Shown here piece by piece: positions 17,496-27,843 of a DNA stretch of 64,000 nucleotides. Source of the DNA: Candidatus Poribacteria bacterium. Its GTDB lineage: Bacteria; Poribacteria; WGA-4E; PCPOR2b. Below the pieces are notes generated by a model. It saw only the letters and a program-made list of their open reading frames with translations. It was not told where the DNA came from and ran no database searches. The stretch covers positions 2,432,001 through 2,496,000 of the forward strand of contig OZ240245.1 of assembly GCA_965198175.1 (NCBI GenBank). The letters are read 5' to 3'. Both the position numbers and the translations under genes were made by a program. Positions within the stretch are counted from its first letter, which is position 1; the number at the start of each line of letters is the position of its first letter.

Positions 17496-19139
17496 ATGAA
17501 AGACGCGGATAAGACGCAAGCACAACTCATCCGTGAATTGCGGCAAATGCGCCAGCGTGTGGCGAGCTTAGAACGCGAAAGAGCGCAATTCAAGCGGATG
17601 GCGGAGACAGATCCGTACTACAATTCCCCGGAGATGTTTGCTTCAGCGGATGCTGTTACGGAAAGGGTTCTCCACTGTAATCATTCACTACTTACGACGT
17701 TGGGATACACCGAAGATGAGCTTGTCGGTTATGCTATTTCCAAGATATATCATCCGGACTGTATCGAAGATGCAAAGACAATGTTCACTAGTCTTGTAAA
17801 TAACGGTGAAATACGTGATGTGGAGCTAGCATTGCGGAAAAAAGATGGAGGCAAAATTGATGTGAACTTGAATGCCTCAACTTTCTGTGATGCAAGAGGG
17901 AATCCTCTTTACAGTCGGTTCATTTGGCGCGACATCACGCAGCAAAAAGAGACCGAACGGGAACTTCGCGAGAGCGACCAACGCTTTCACCAGTTGGCGG
18001 ACAGTATCCGCGAGGTTTTCTGGTTAATGTCGCTCGAAGGGGATGAATTCTACTACCTTAGTCCGGGATACGATGAGATATGGGGCAGATCCCGCTACGA
18101 CCTAATCGCAGAACCGATGTCGTGGGCGGAGAGCATTTATCCGGATGACCTGGAGCAGGTCTTAGCCAATTTTGAAAGACAGAAGCGCGGCGAGTTTGTA
18201 GAGTATGAGTTCCGTATCGTCCGACCGGACGGCGAAATCCGCTGGATTCAAGCGCGCGCCTTTCCAGTCAAAGATGAAGGCGGAAATCCCTACCGCGTCG
18301 CCGGATTTGCACTAGATATCACGGAACGCAAGCGTGCCGAGGAAGTGTCTGCGATGCGGCAGCGCCAGTTGATTCAAGCGGATAAGATGACCTCATTAGG
18401 CATTCTGACCGCCGGCGTCGCGCATGAGATTAACAACCCGAACAATTTTATCTTGCTGAACGGAGAAACCCTTGAGAAAGCTTGGTTCAGCGTAATGCCC
18501 ATTCTTGAGAGATATTACCAAGAGAATGGGGATTTTATGTGCGCTGGCGTGCTCTATACGGAATTACAAACTGATATCAGGGAAATGACTACGGGAATCA
18601 TTATCGGGGCGAAGCGAATCCAAGAGATTGTGAATGTGCTCGGCGAATTCGCACATCGTGGTGACGAGGATTTAAGCCAACCGGTCAATTGCAATACGGT
18701 GATTGACTCTGCAATCGTAATTGTACGGAATCTGATAAAAAGATCGACGAATCGCTTCTCGCCTCAGTTGGATCGCAATCTACCAATGGTTCTGGGTAAC
18801 GCGCAACAACTTGAACAGGTATTTATTAACTTAATCACGAATTCTTGCCAAGCGCTGCCCGACCCTAGCAGAAGCGTCGTGGTTTCAACCCGAAAGAGTT
18901 CAAAGGATGTACTGATTGAATTTTGCGACGAGGGAGAAGGGATTCCTTCTGAAAATTTGCCACGCGTCATGGACGCCTTTTTCACTACAAAGCGAGACAT
19001 CGGCGGCACCGGTCTAGGGCTGTCAATCTCTTACACTATCGTCAAGAATCATGGCGGAGATTTGACCTTCACCTCAGAACTTGGAAAGGGCACGACGGCG
19101 ACAGTCAAGCTGCCTGCCGACCCAAGGAGTGACCGATGA
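17496..19139 (+). CDS. Cytoplasmic PAS-PAS sensor histidine kinase (NtrB-like)
   Basis: Two PAS/PAC domains (RDIT and LDIT ends); H-box GVAHEINNP; N-box QVFINLITNS; G1 DEGEGI; F-box FFTTK; G2 GTGLGLS; no TM helices seen. Confidence 0.93.
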   Translation: MKDADKTQAQLIRELRQMRQRVASLERERAQFKRMAETDPYYNSPEMFASADAVTERVLHCNHSLLTTLGYTEDELVGYAISKIYHPDCIEDAKTMFTSLVNNGEIRDVELALRKKDGGKIDVNLNASTFCDARGNPLYSRFIWRDITQQKETERELRESDQRFHQLADSIREVFWLMSLEGDEFYYLSPGYDEIWGRSRYDLIAEPMSWAESIYPDDLEQVLANFERQKRGEFVEYEFRIVRPDGEIRWIQARAFPVKDEGGNPYRVAGFALDITERKRAEEVSAMRQRQLIQADKMTSLGILTAGVAHEINNPNNFILLNGETLEKAWFSVMPILERYYQENGDFMCAGVLYTELQTDIREMTTGIIIGAKRIQEIVNVLGEFAHRGDEDLSQPVNCNTVIDSAIVIVRNLIKRSTNRFSPQLDRNLPMVLGNAQQLEQVFINLITNSCQALPDPSRSVVVSTRKSSKDVLIEFCDEGEGIPSENLPRVMDAFFTTKRDIGGTGLGLSISYTIVKNHGGDLTFTSELGKGTTATVKLPADPRSDR

Positions 19140-20566
19140 ATCCAATTCAGTTTTCTACCCGTCCAATATTGCTCGTCGACGACGAAGAACTTTTTCTGGT
19201 CAGTACGAGCCGCGCGCTTAGGGCAGAGGGCATTAATCATGTCGTCCAATGTCAAGACAGCCGCGAAGTTATGTCTACCTTGTCAAAAGCGGACTTCTCG
19301 GTTGTCGTGCTGGATTTGATGATGCCTAATTTATCAGGGCTGGACCTGCTTCCGTTGATTCTTGCCGACTTTCCGGACCTTCCCGTAACGGTTGTCACGG
19401 GCGTAAAAGACGTGGAAACCGCGGTAGATTGTCTGAAAACTGGGGCATTCGACTACCTCGTGAAACCGGTGGACAGCACCAGGCTCGCGGCGACGATTCG
19501 GCGCGGACTAGAAATGAGCGACTTGCGGCGTCAAAATCGTCTGCTAAAGGAACGTGTGCTCTCTGACGAACTGGAACAACCTGAAGCGTTTTCTGACATT
19601 GTCACACAAGACCGCACAATGTACTCAATTTTCCAGTATGTCGAGACAATCGCTCTAACCCCCATGCCGGTGTTGATTACGGGCGAAACCGGTGTTGGCA
19701 AGGAACTGATTGCGGCGGCAATCCACAAGCTGAGCGGACGGGAGGGTGAATTTGTTTCGGTCAATATAGCGGGACTCGACGACCAACTATTCTCGGACAC
19801 GCTTTTCGGTCATAGAAGAGGGGCGTTCACCGGCGCGGATACACCTCGCAAGGGATTGATTGAACAAGCGTCAAACGGTACGCTCTTCCTTGATGAAATC
19901 GGAGACCTGCACATGGAGTCGCAGGTCAAACTGCTGCGTCTTCTGCAGGAAAGAAATTACTTTCCGCTTGGCGACGATTTCCCGAGAATGAGTAACGCTA
20001 GAATAGTTGTTGCGACCAATAGAGACATACAATTTCTGAGAGAGTCCGAAACTTTTCGTAATGACCTCTATTACCGCCTGCAAACCCATCACGTCCACTT
20101 ACCCCCGCTTCGTGAGCGAACGGGTGATATCCCGCCATTGGTTTCCTATTTTCTCGAAAGCGCCGCTGAGAAACTAGAAAAGAAAACACCCACGCCTCCA
20201 GCGGAACTCGTTACGTTACTCAGAGCGTATCCCTTCCCGGGCAACGTCAGAGAGCTTGAGGGAATGGTCCTGGATGCCGTCAGTCGGTACAAAGGGGGTG
20301 TACTCTCTACAGAATCGATCCGGGACGAGATTCGTCACGAATCGCTCGTTTTCCGGGAAGACGGTGAAATGGACGAGATTGCATTCGCGGATGGACTGTC
20401 CACGTTGCATGGACTGCCCTCGTTGAAAGCAAGTGAACGGCTTATAATTGCTGAAGCGCTTAAGCGTGCGGATGGCAACCAGACGATTGCCGCAGGACTT
20501 TTGGGCATGACAAGACAGGCGTTGAACAACCGTCTAATCCGCAACCGAACGCCTGACGATGTGTGA
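19136..20566 (+). CDS. sigma54-dependent response regulator (NtrC/AtoC-family enhancer-binding protein)
   Basis: Receiver (LLVDDE, LDLMMP); Walker A GETGVGKE; GAFTGA; LFLDEIG; FPGNVRELE; Fis-type HTH. Confidence 0.95.
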   Translation: MNPIQFSTRPILLVDDEELFLVSTSRALRAEGINHVVQCQDSREVMSTLSKADFSVVVLDLMMPNLSGLDLLPLILADFPDLPVTVVTGVKDVETAVDCLKTGAFDYLVKPVDSTRLAATIRRGLEMSDLRRQNRLLKERVLSDELEQPEAFSDIVTQDRTMYSIFQYVETIALTPMPVLITGETGVGKELIAAAIHKLSGREGEFVSVNIAGLDDQLFSDTLFGHRRGAFTGADTPRKGLIEQASNGTLFLDEIGDLHMESQVKLLRLLQERNYFPLGDDFPRMSNARIVVATNRDIQFLRESETFRNDLYYRLQTHHVHLPPLRERTGDIPPLVSYFLESAAEKLEKKTPTPPAELVTLLRAYPFPGNVRELEGMVLDAVSRYKGGVLSTESIRDEIRHESLVFREDGEMDEIAFADGLSTLHGLPSLKASERLIIAEALKRADGNQTIAAGLLGMTRQALNNRLIRNRTPDDV

Positions 20567-20632
20567 AGGGTCGTTCACCTTTTCCAACCTCTCTTTCCAA
20601 TCTGTATCAAGCCTCTCCTCCCTTCAAATGAA

Positions 20633-20880
20633 GAGCCACATTTGTTGCTTTTTGAGCCACATTTGTTGACATCGCCTGAACACCTGATTTGGTAAGGGTT
20701 CAGGGGATTTCCGAGCATAAAATCTCTGAATCCTTGTCAACAAATGTTGCTTTTCCTTTCATACCACTTGAACGCTGCCATCCCAGACTGAAAAAAATTT
20801 AATCTGCCTGTATCCCTTGATACATCTGGGTTTCCGAGTCCAAATTGAGGCGTGATTTTGGCTTTGGCATAGAAATTGCT
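20633..20880 (+). promoter_or_regulatory. sigma54 enhancer-promoter cassette, copy 3 (diverged)
   Basis: ACATTTGT (20638, 20659) and ACAAATGT (20740); shared blocks ACATCGCCTGAA, CCTTTCATACCA, TATCCCTTGA, GAGTCCAAATTGA; TTGGCATAGAAATTGCT at 20864-20880. Confidence 0.85.
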
Positions 20881-20940
20881 CAAACTATGGTCATAGAAAC
20901 TTAATTTGGAACGCGGGGATTCACTTCAAAGGAGGCGGCG

Positions 20941-22977
20941 TTGATGAATTTTGGGGTCACGTGCATCTCACTTAGCGTCATTTGCTTCGTTTTGCTTGGT
21001 TGCTTGTTCTCGTTTACACAAGCCACTTCGGATGCCGCCAACGCTTTTACACTCATCTACGCCGGTGAGGAAGGTGGACAGCTTGGACTCCACGGCTGTG
21101 GCACCGAACAGGTCGGCGGGCTTTCTCGACGCCACACCGTAATCAACTCCTTGCGTGAAAAACACCCCGCCCCACTGAATCTGCACACCGGAAACATCCT
21201 TGACCCGACCAACCCGAACAACGAACTCGTCTGCCAAATCGCGCTCGAAGCCTTGAGCACCATGCATTACGATGCACTCTGTCTCGGACCGGGTGATTTG
21301 TGTTTCCCCATTGATTCGCTCTCCGCCCTTTACGCCAACCATCCGGATCTGCCGGTTGTTTGCACGAATATCGTAGGGGCGCGGTTCCCGCGCCCGTTTG
21401 AGGTCGTCGAAATCGCGAAGACAAATATTGCCGTGGTTGGTCTGATATCGAAGTCTTATGAAACCGAGATTTGCGCCTTCAATCCGGGTGTACCGCTCAC
21501 GCATCCAGCGGAAGCACTGGAGGCTTTGGGGGAAGAAATCACGGGGAAAAGTGATGTTGTCGTGGGAGTTTTTCACGGGTCAGAGGCGGAAGCGCGCAAA
21601 CTTGCAGAAGCGTTCCCATGGCTATCCGTTCTCGTCCTCGCCCAGAATCAACCTTCGGAAACATCTTCAGATGCACCGATTGTCGTGAGAGATACGACAA
21701 TTGTGACCAATCCCGCTAAAGGAGAAGCGGTCGGGGTTCTGGAGATTGGCCTTGACGCCAATCGTCATAAAGTAGTGTCGCGGAAAAATCAGCGCGTTGC
21801 GGTCTCAGAAGGAATTGTACCTGACGCTGACCTTGAAACCCTGTTGGCGCTCTATGATTCGCTCTCCGAAGATGTCGAATTTAGCGATCATGGGAGTGTA
21901 CATGATGACCGTGCCGTCCATATCACCTACTTCCACAAGCGAGGCTGCCAAAAGTGTGTTAGAGCTAGTGAGATTTTGAAACGCCTCAAAACCGAATACC
22001 CGCAGATTGTAGTTGAAAAACGATACGCCAAAGCCGACCAACAACTGCTTGAGGCGATGGGCGCGCTCTACAACGTTCCTGAAATCAAACGGCTCACCAC
22101 ACCGGCGGTGTTTATCGGGGATGCGTATCTACTGGGTGAACTTGGTGAGGCTGAATTAGAAGAAATTGTCGGGAAATACCTCACAACAGGGGTTGCCTCG
22201 CGGCTATCCGAGGCAGAAGCTAGGACAGTTGAAGCGGAATCCGATATCGTCGAACGCTTTAGCGCTTTCGGGACATTGACCGTCGCAGGTGCGGGGTTGC
22301 TCGACGGAATTAACCCGTGCGCCTTTGCCACGATTGTTTTCTTCATCTCCTATCTTTCTCTCGTCGGACGTTCACGCAAAGAGATGCTCGTCGCCGGTGG
22401 CGCATTCGCCGCAGCGGTGTTTGTGGCGTACCTGCTGTTGGGGGTGGGATTACTTAAGTTTCTCTCGTTCCTCAACGAGTTCTCGGTGGTTGCCAAGTGC
22501 CTCTACCTAGTTGCCGCGATTGGGACGTTCACGCTGGCGTTCTTCAGCCTGTACGACGCTATCAAAGCGAAACAGGGCAAGGTAAAGGAGATTACGCTGC
22601 AGTTGCCTAAGTCACTGAAGCAGCGTATCCACAAAGTCATCCGCGAACAGACGCGTACCTCAAGCATCATCATCGGCGCGTTGGTCATCGGGTTCGCAAT
22701 TTCTGCTCTAGAGCTAGTCTGCACCGGGCAAGTCTACTTGCCGACGATTACCTTCGTCATGGGTGTCGAGGGCATGCGCGTAAACGCGTTGCCCTACCTG
22801 ATTTTGTATAACTTGATGTTTATTACCCCTCTGCTGATTGTATTCGGATTCGTGTATTGGGGCACGACTTCGATGCAGTTGGGTGGCGCATTACAGCGGC
22901 ATCTCATGTCCGTGAAGTTAGGAACCGGAGTGTTGTTGCTCGGTTTAGGAGTTTGGCTATTGCTTAGCATTGTATAG
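20941..22977 (+). CDS. Fusion: degenerate 5'-nucleotidase/UshA-like domain + thioredoxin-like CxxC + CcdA/DsbD-type membrane domain
   Basis: AAGGAGG RBS; HGCG..GGLSRR; CQKC and TPAVFIG; GLLDGINPCAF; LELVCTGQVYLP; multiple TM helices. Confidence 0.75.
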   Translation: MMNFGVTCISLSVICFVLLGCLFSFTQATSDAANAFTLIYAGEEGGQLGLHGCGTEQVGGLSRRHTVINSLREKHPAPLNLHTGNILDPTNPNNELVCQIALEALSTMHYDALCLGPGDLCFPIDSLSALYANHPDLPVVCTNIVGARFPRPFEVVEIAKTNIAVVGLISKSYETEICAFNPGVPLTHPAEALEALGEEITGKSDVVVGVFHGSEAEARKLAEAFPWLSVLVLAQNQPSETSSDAPIVVRDTTIVTNPAKGEAVGVLEIGLDANRHKVVSRKNQRVAVSEGIVPDADLETLLALYDSLSEDVEFSDHGSVHDDRAVHITYFHKRGCQKCVRASEILKRLKTEYPQIVVEKRYAKADQQLLEAMGALYNVPEIKRLTTPAVFIGDAYLLGELGEAELEEIVGKYLTTGVASRLSEAEARTVEAESDIVERFSAFGTLTVAGAGLLDGINPCAFATIVFFISYLSLVGRSRKEMLVAGGAFAAAVFVAYLLLGVGLLKFLSFLNEFSVVAKCLYLVAAIGTFTLAFFSLYDAIKAKQGKVKEITLQLPKSLKQRIHKVIREQTRTSSIIIGALVIGFAISALELVCTGQVYLPTITFVMGVEGMRVNALPYLILYNLMFITPLLIVFGFVYWGTTSMQLGGALQRHLMSVKLGTGVLLLGLGVWLLLSIV

Positions 22978-22997
22978 AATGGGGAGGCTCGACGATA

Positions 22998-24854
22998 ATG
23001 ATAATACGGAAATCCTATCAACCAACTAAAACGTACGATGCGAACTGTTACCTACTGGCAAGAGTTGTGGTCGTAATACATTCTGTTCTTTTGTTGCTCC
23101 TGATGAATTTCATTGTCTTTCCGGCAAATTCCCAGAAGCCACAAGAGCAGATTGTGTATATATCTGACAAGGCAGATATTCAAAAAATTTACGTTCGAAA
23201 AGCTGACGGCAGTCTGGTTAAACAGCTTACATTAGAAGGACGCTATCAAGCACCATCATTATCGTTTGATGGAAAACGGGTTGCGTTTGCCTCGGGAGAC
23301 GGTCGAAGTCGAGACTATGACATTTTTGTTGTGGATATACAATCTCGCGAGCAGCGTCAAGTGACATTTGCAGCAAGTCGGGACCTTTATCCGTCTTGGG
23401 CGCCTGATGGAAGTCGGATTGTGTTCGCTTCAGATCCAGGGGGTATTTTCAATCTCTACACCGTAGATGAAAATGGGGAAAACCGATCGCGCTTGACGAA
23501 TAGTTCGGGCGACGATATCCAACCCGACTGGTCTCCGGACGGACGTAAAATCGCGTTCGCGTCTGATCAGGCAAGCGCAGTTCATCAAATTTACTGGATG
23601 GATGTCAAAACAGGACGCCAACGAAAACTGACTCAAATAGATTTGGGAACCGATTACCCGAGATGGTCACCTGATGGGACACAGGTGGCCTTCCATACCG
23701 CAGTTGTTGACAGGACGCCGAAACCAGACGACAAAATGCAAATTTGGAAAGGCAGCGCTGACGGAAGAGGATTGGAAAACCTAATAAAAGATGGCGAATA
23801 CAATATTTACCCCGCCTATTCACCTGACGGGGAGAAGATGGCGTTTGCATCGTCGAGAAACGATAACTTGGACATTTATACCTTGGATACGGAGTCCATG
23901 AGAGTTCTCCGTCTAACTCGTGACAAATTTTTCGATTATCAACCGAGTTGGTCATCGGATGGTAAACACCTCGTTTTTGTTTCCGAAAGAACGGGCAATC
24001 CTGACATTTACAGGATAAATGCCAAAGGCGGCGAGATTGTTAATTTGACCAAGAGTGAAGCCGACGAATATAGGCCGGCTTGGTCTCCCATAGGGGATAC
24101 GATTTGTTTCGTGCGAATTGTACATGGAAAGCGCGAGATTCGCGTTATGGACAGCAACGGGAAACGTCAATTGAGGCTGGATAATAGCCCATTTTACAAC
24201 ACATCACCGACATGGTCGCCGCAAGGGGAAAAGATTGCCTTTGTGAATAAGCCCGAACGGGATACTAAGGTTTATCACATTTATACAATTGATCCGGATG
24301 GGCAGAATAAGCAATTGTTGTTTGAAACGGAAGCAGTCGAAATTAAAAATATCAGTTGGTCTGGGGATGGCAAAAAAATGCTGTTTGTCTATTATGATGG
24401 CAGGATTCAAGAAATCCGTATCCTTGATGTGAGGACGCGCGAGGTTACCTCAATTAAATTCGCGGTATTTGGGATCACCAGCGCAGCATGGGCACCGTTT
24501 GGTGGGACTATTGTCTTTTCGGCTTATCCCGTAAACCTGCGGCGCACCTTACGCTATGGCATTTTTTTGATGGACGCCAACGGCAAAAATCAAGAACCCC
24601 TTTGGGATACGTTCATTCCCGATCAAAAATACAGAAAACAGCATTTTTCGTGGTCGCCGGATGGGCAAAGCATTCTATTTAGACGCGGAGATGGAAACCT
24701 CTATGTCGCTGATTTAAACGGGGGAGGCGTCACACTTTTTTTCAGAAATGCGCATTCACCGGATTGGAAGACGCCTCGTGTCCGGCGGGGTGTAAGACCC
24801 AAAAACAAGCTGCAAACAACCTGGGGAGAAGTCAAAGAAATAAACCGTAATTAG
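22998..24854 (+). CDS. TolB-like PD40-repeat double beta-propeller protein, paralog 1
   Basis: GGGGAGG RBS; repeated P.WSPDG..IAF.S motifs; C-terminal VRPKNKLQTTWGEVK. Confidence 0.88.
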   Translation: MIIRKSYQPTKTYDANCYLLARVVVVIHSVLLLLLMNFIVFPANSQKPQEQIVYISDKADIQKIYVRKADGSLVKQLTLEGRYQAPSLSFDGKRVAFASGDGRSRDYDIFVVDIQSREQRQVTFAASRDLYPSWAPDGSRIVFASDPGGIFNLYTVDENGENRSRLTNSSGDDIQPDWSPDGRKIAFASDQASAVHQIYWMDVKTGRQRKLTQIDLGTDYPRWSPDGTQVAFHTAVVDRTPKPDDKMQIWKGSADGRGLENLIKDGEYNIYPAYSPDGEKMAFASSRNDNLDIYTLDTESMRVLRLTRDKFFDYQPSWSSDGKHLVFVSERTGNPDIYRINAKGGEIVNLTKSEADEYRPAWSPIGDTICFVRIVHGKREIRVMDSNGKRQLRLDNSPFYNTSPTWSPQGEKIAFVNKPERDTKVYHIYTIDPDGQNKQLLFETEAVEIKNISWSGDGKKMLFVYYDGRIQEIRILDVRTREVTSIKFAVFGITSAAWAPFGGTIVFSAYPVNLRRTLRYGIFLMDANGKNQEPLWDTFIPDQKYRKQHFSWSPDGQSILFRRGDGNLYVADLNGGGVTLFFRNAHSPDWKTPRVRRGVRPKNKLQTTWGEVKEINRN

Positions 24855-24910
24855 CCTCCTTATTTGAGGTTTCATTCGCCAAAAACTGCCATGGCTTGTC
24901 TCTTTTGGAT

Positions 24911-25025
24911 CACGACTGCAATGCAGTTGGGTGGTGTGTTACAGGGGCATCTCATGTCCGTGAAGGTAGGAACCGGAGTGTTGTTGGTCTGTTTAGGAGT
25001 TTGGCTATTGCTCAGCATTGTGTAG
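24911..25025 (+). pseudogene. Duplicated 3' fragment of the upstream CcdA-fusion gene
   Basis: Aligns with about 22863-22977 (ATGCAGTTGGGTGG...GGAGTTTGGCTATTGCT) and marks the tandem-duplication junction. Confidence 0.85.
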
Positions 25026-25045
25026 CATAAGGAGGCTCGACGATA

Positions 25046-26948
25046 ATGACAATACGGAAATGCCATCAACCAACGAATTAGGTACAATCCAAATTGTTAC
25101 CGGTCGGCTAGAATTGAGGTCGTCACACATTTTGTTATTTTGTTGCTGCTGATGAACTTCGGTATTTTTCCCGCAGATGCTCAGAAGCAACAAGAGCAAA
25201 TGGTGTTTGTGTCCGAAGGTGCAGACCTTGAACAAATACACCTCAGAAAGGCTAGAGGCGGTCGAGTCAAAACTTCTAAGCTTACATTACAAGAGCCAAC
25301 GGGAACCTATTTCACACCATCATTATCGTTTGATGGAGAACTGGTGACATTTACCTCGCTACTCGGACGAAACTACGATATTTATGTTACCGAGCTACGG
25401 TCTCGTAAGCAGCGCCGCGTGACGTTTGCGCCAAGTCGTGACCTTTATCCGTCTTGGGCGCCTGATGGCAGTAGGATTGCGTTCGCATCGGACAAAGAGG
25501 GAGTTTTCAATCTCTACACCATCGAAACAAATGGGGAAAACCGCACCCGTCTGACGAATAGTTCGGGCGACGATATCCAACCTGACTGGTCGCCCGACGG
25601 AAGTAAAATCGCTTTCGTGTCTGATCAGGCTAGTGCTGTCCATCAAGTTTACTGGATGCATGTCCGAACAGGACGCCAACATAGACTGACGCAGAGCATT
25701 TATTTTACCCGTATCCCGAGATGGTCGCCTGATGGAACCAAATTAGCATTCCATTCCAAAGTTATTGACTGGGCGCCACGTCACTCCAGGCAGATTTGGC
25801 AAGTCAGCTCTGACGGAACCGGCTTAAAAAGCCTAATTACAGACGGTGAATTCAATGATGACCCAGTCATTTCTCCCGATTTAAAGCAGATTGCCTTTAC
25901 TTCTACGAGAGACGATAACACCGACATTTATACATTCAATAGAAATTCCTTGCAGATTCTGCGAATTACACACTCCTCGTCTGACGATTATCAACCGAGT
26001 TGGTCCCCGGACAGCAAACACCTTGTTTTTGTTTCTGAAAGAACGGGCAACGCTGACATTCACAGGATTAACGCCGATGGCGGCGGGCTTGTGAATTTGA
26101 CTCGCAGCGAAGCCGACGAATCCATGCCGGCTTGGTCTCCTACAGGGGACACGATCTGTTTTGTGCGAAAGGTTGGAGATGATGTACTTGGAAGGCGAGA
26201 AATCCGTGTGATGGACAGCAACGGGAATCGTCAAATTAGGCTGGAAAATATCCTGTTTTCCAACAGATTTCCGGCATGGTCGCCGCGAGGGGATAAGATT
26301 GCCTTTGTGAATTGGCCCGAACGCCTCACTAGGGCTGTACGCATTTATACAGTTGATATGGATGGGCAGAATAAGCGATTGGTGTTTAAGACATTAGATG
26401 GAGTAATCAGAAAAATCAGTTGGTCTCCGGATGGCAGAAAAATCCTGTTTACCTATCACGCCTCTGGTGATGAGATTCTTCAAGAAATCCGTAAAATTAA
26501 TGTGCATACACGTGAGGTCAACTCAATAAATGCGAAGGTAGTTGGTCTTGACAACGCCGCTTGGGCGCCCATTGGGCAGACGATTGTTTTTTCAGCTATG
26601 CCAGTACGCCCGCTGTCGTCCTTACGCACGGTACGATATGGTATTTTCTTGGTGGATCCCGATAGCGATAAGACTCAAGAACCCCTACCCGTTTGGGATA
26701 CATTCATTCCCAAGAAGCAATACGAATACAGAAAAGAACGTTTTTCGTGGTCGCCCGATGGGCAAAGCCTCCTATTTAGCCGCGGAGATGGAGACCTTTA
26801 CGTAACTAGGTTAAGCGGGGGAGGCGCCACACGTTTTCTCAACAATGCCCATTCGCCGGATTGGAAGACGCCTCGTGTCTGGCGGAGCGTAACACCCAAG
26901 AACAAGCTGCAAACCACTTTGGGAAAGGTCAAAGAAATTAAACGGTGA
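25046..26948 (+). CDS. TolB-like PD40-repeat protein, paralog 2, with a +1 frameshift near codon 11 (intact frame 25140-26948)
   Basis: The homologous RBS and ATG at 25046 run into TAG at 25079-25081; removing one base near 25079 restores collinearity with paralog 1; C-terminal VTPKNKLQTTLGKVK. Confidence 0.8.
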
Positions 26949-27195
26949 GTAACCTCCATATTTGAGATTTCATTCGCCAAAAACTGCCACCCCTTGTCTC
27001 TGTCGGCTGAGGTAACGATTATGCGAAGAAAACGCCTTTCTTTGGTAATACTACTAAGCATAGCAGATTCATTTATGCTTTACTTCTTCATATTCAACAT
27101 CAAGAAGCAGACTTGACCGCACTACAAAGTACATGATTCAGTAAGGTTGAACTTGTCGCAATCCAAGTGGGATGCTTGGTATATTTCGTGGGTGC

Positions 27196-27212
27196 CGTTC
27201 AACCCAACCTAC
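27196..27212 (-). repeat. GTAG-type REP-like arm (copy 4)
   Basis: Reverse complement reads GTAGGTTGGGTTGAACG. Confidence 0.65.
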
Positions 27213-27260
27213 GTGTTGTATCAACCTCCTCCTCTCGCCGACGCCCTCTCTTACAACCAA

Positions 27261-27411
27261 GTGACACATTTTTGTCTTTTCCTTCCATACCGCTTTGAAC
27301 ACTACTTCCCCAGACTGAAAAAAAAATTGAAACTGTCCGGATGCCTTGATACTCATGCTTTCTGAGTCCAAATGGAAGGTGACTATTAGACTGTAGGGCA
27401 TAATTTGTGCC
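27261..27411 (+). promoter_or_regulatory. sigma54 cassette, copy 4 (internally deleted, degenerate)
   Basis: GTGACACATTTTTGTCTTTTCCTTCCATACC..CCCAGACTGAAAAAAA..CCTTGATAC..GAGTCCAAAT..GG-CATAATTTGT-GC; lacks the roughly 100 bp between boxes A and C. Confidence 0.65.
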
Positions 27412-27473
27412 GTAAAGAAAGAGGTATTGCCTCAATAGAGCGTATAGTTTTCATTTTTTCCTTTGGACGCATC

Positions 27474-27491
27474 TTGCACCATTTGGTGCAA
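27474..27491. promoter_or_regulatory. Palindrome TTGCACCA-TT-TGGTGCAA, putative enhancer-binding-protein site
   Basis: 8-2-8 palindrome about 240 bp upstream of a sigma54 motif; resembles an NtrC box with a 1-bp shorter spacer. Confidence 0.55.
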
Positions 27492-27722
27492 CCCGATAAG
27501 GAAATTTAACCGTTTAGCGCAAAATTTTTCAGTATTCGCTTGCGGTACAACGAGTTCGTTTCATGAACTAACAAATTTTATGGTGCCACGTGGGAAACGA
27601 AAAAACAGACGTATCGGCAACCGAAACACAGTAATGGAGCGGGACAGACAACAGAACATTTTTCATCCAATTTCCAATATGCACTTAAGATTTAAGTAAC
27701 ATCTTTAATTGAGATGTGACTA

Positions 27723-27737
27723 TGGCATATAAATTGC
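27723..27737 (+). promoter_or_regulatory. sigma54 -24/-12 promoter of the DUF4159 gene
   Basis: TGGCATATAAATTGC (GG-N10-GC), about 105 bp upstream of the ATG. Confidence 0.7.
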
Positions 27738-27843
27738 GTATTGTAGCAAATAACCCCGTGTAAAATGTTAGATGAGATGCCTGGGTTTTTCAGGAATTTT
27801 AGCAACCACAACACGATGACATTATGAATTTTGGAGGAAAAAA

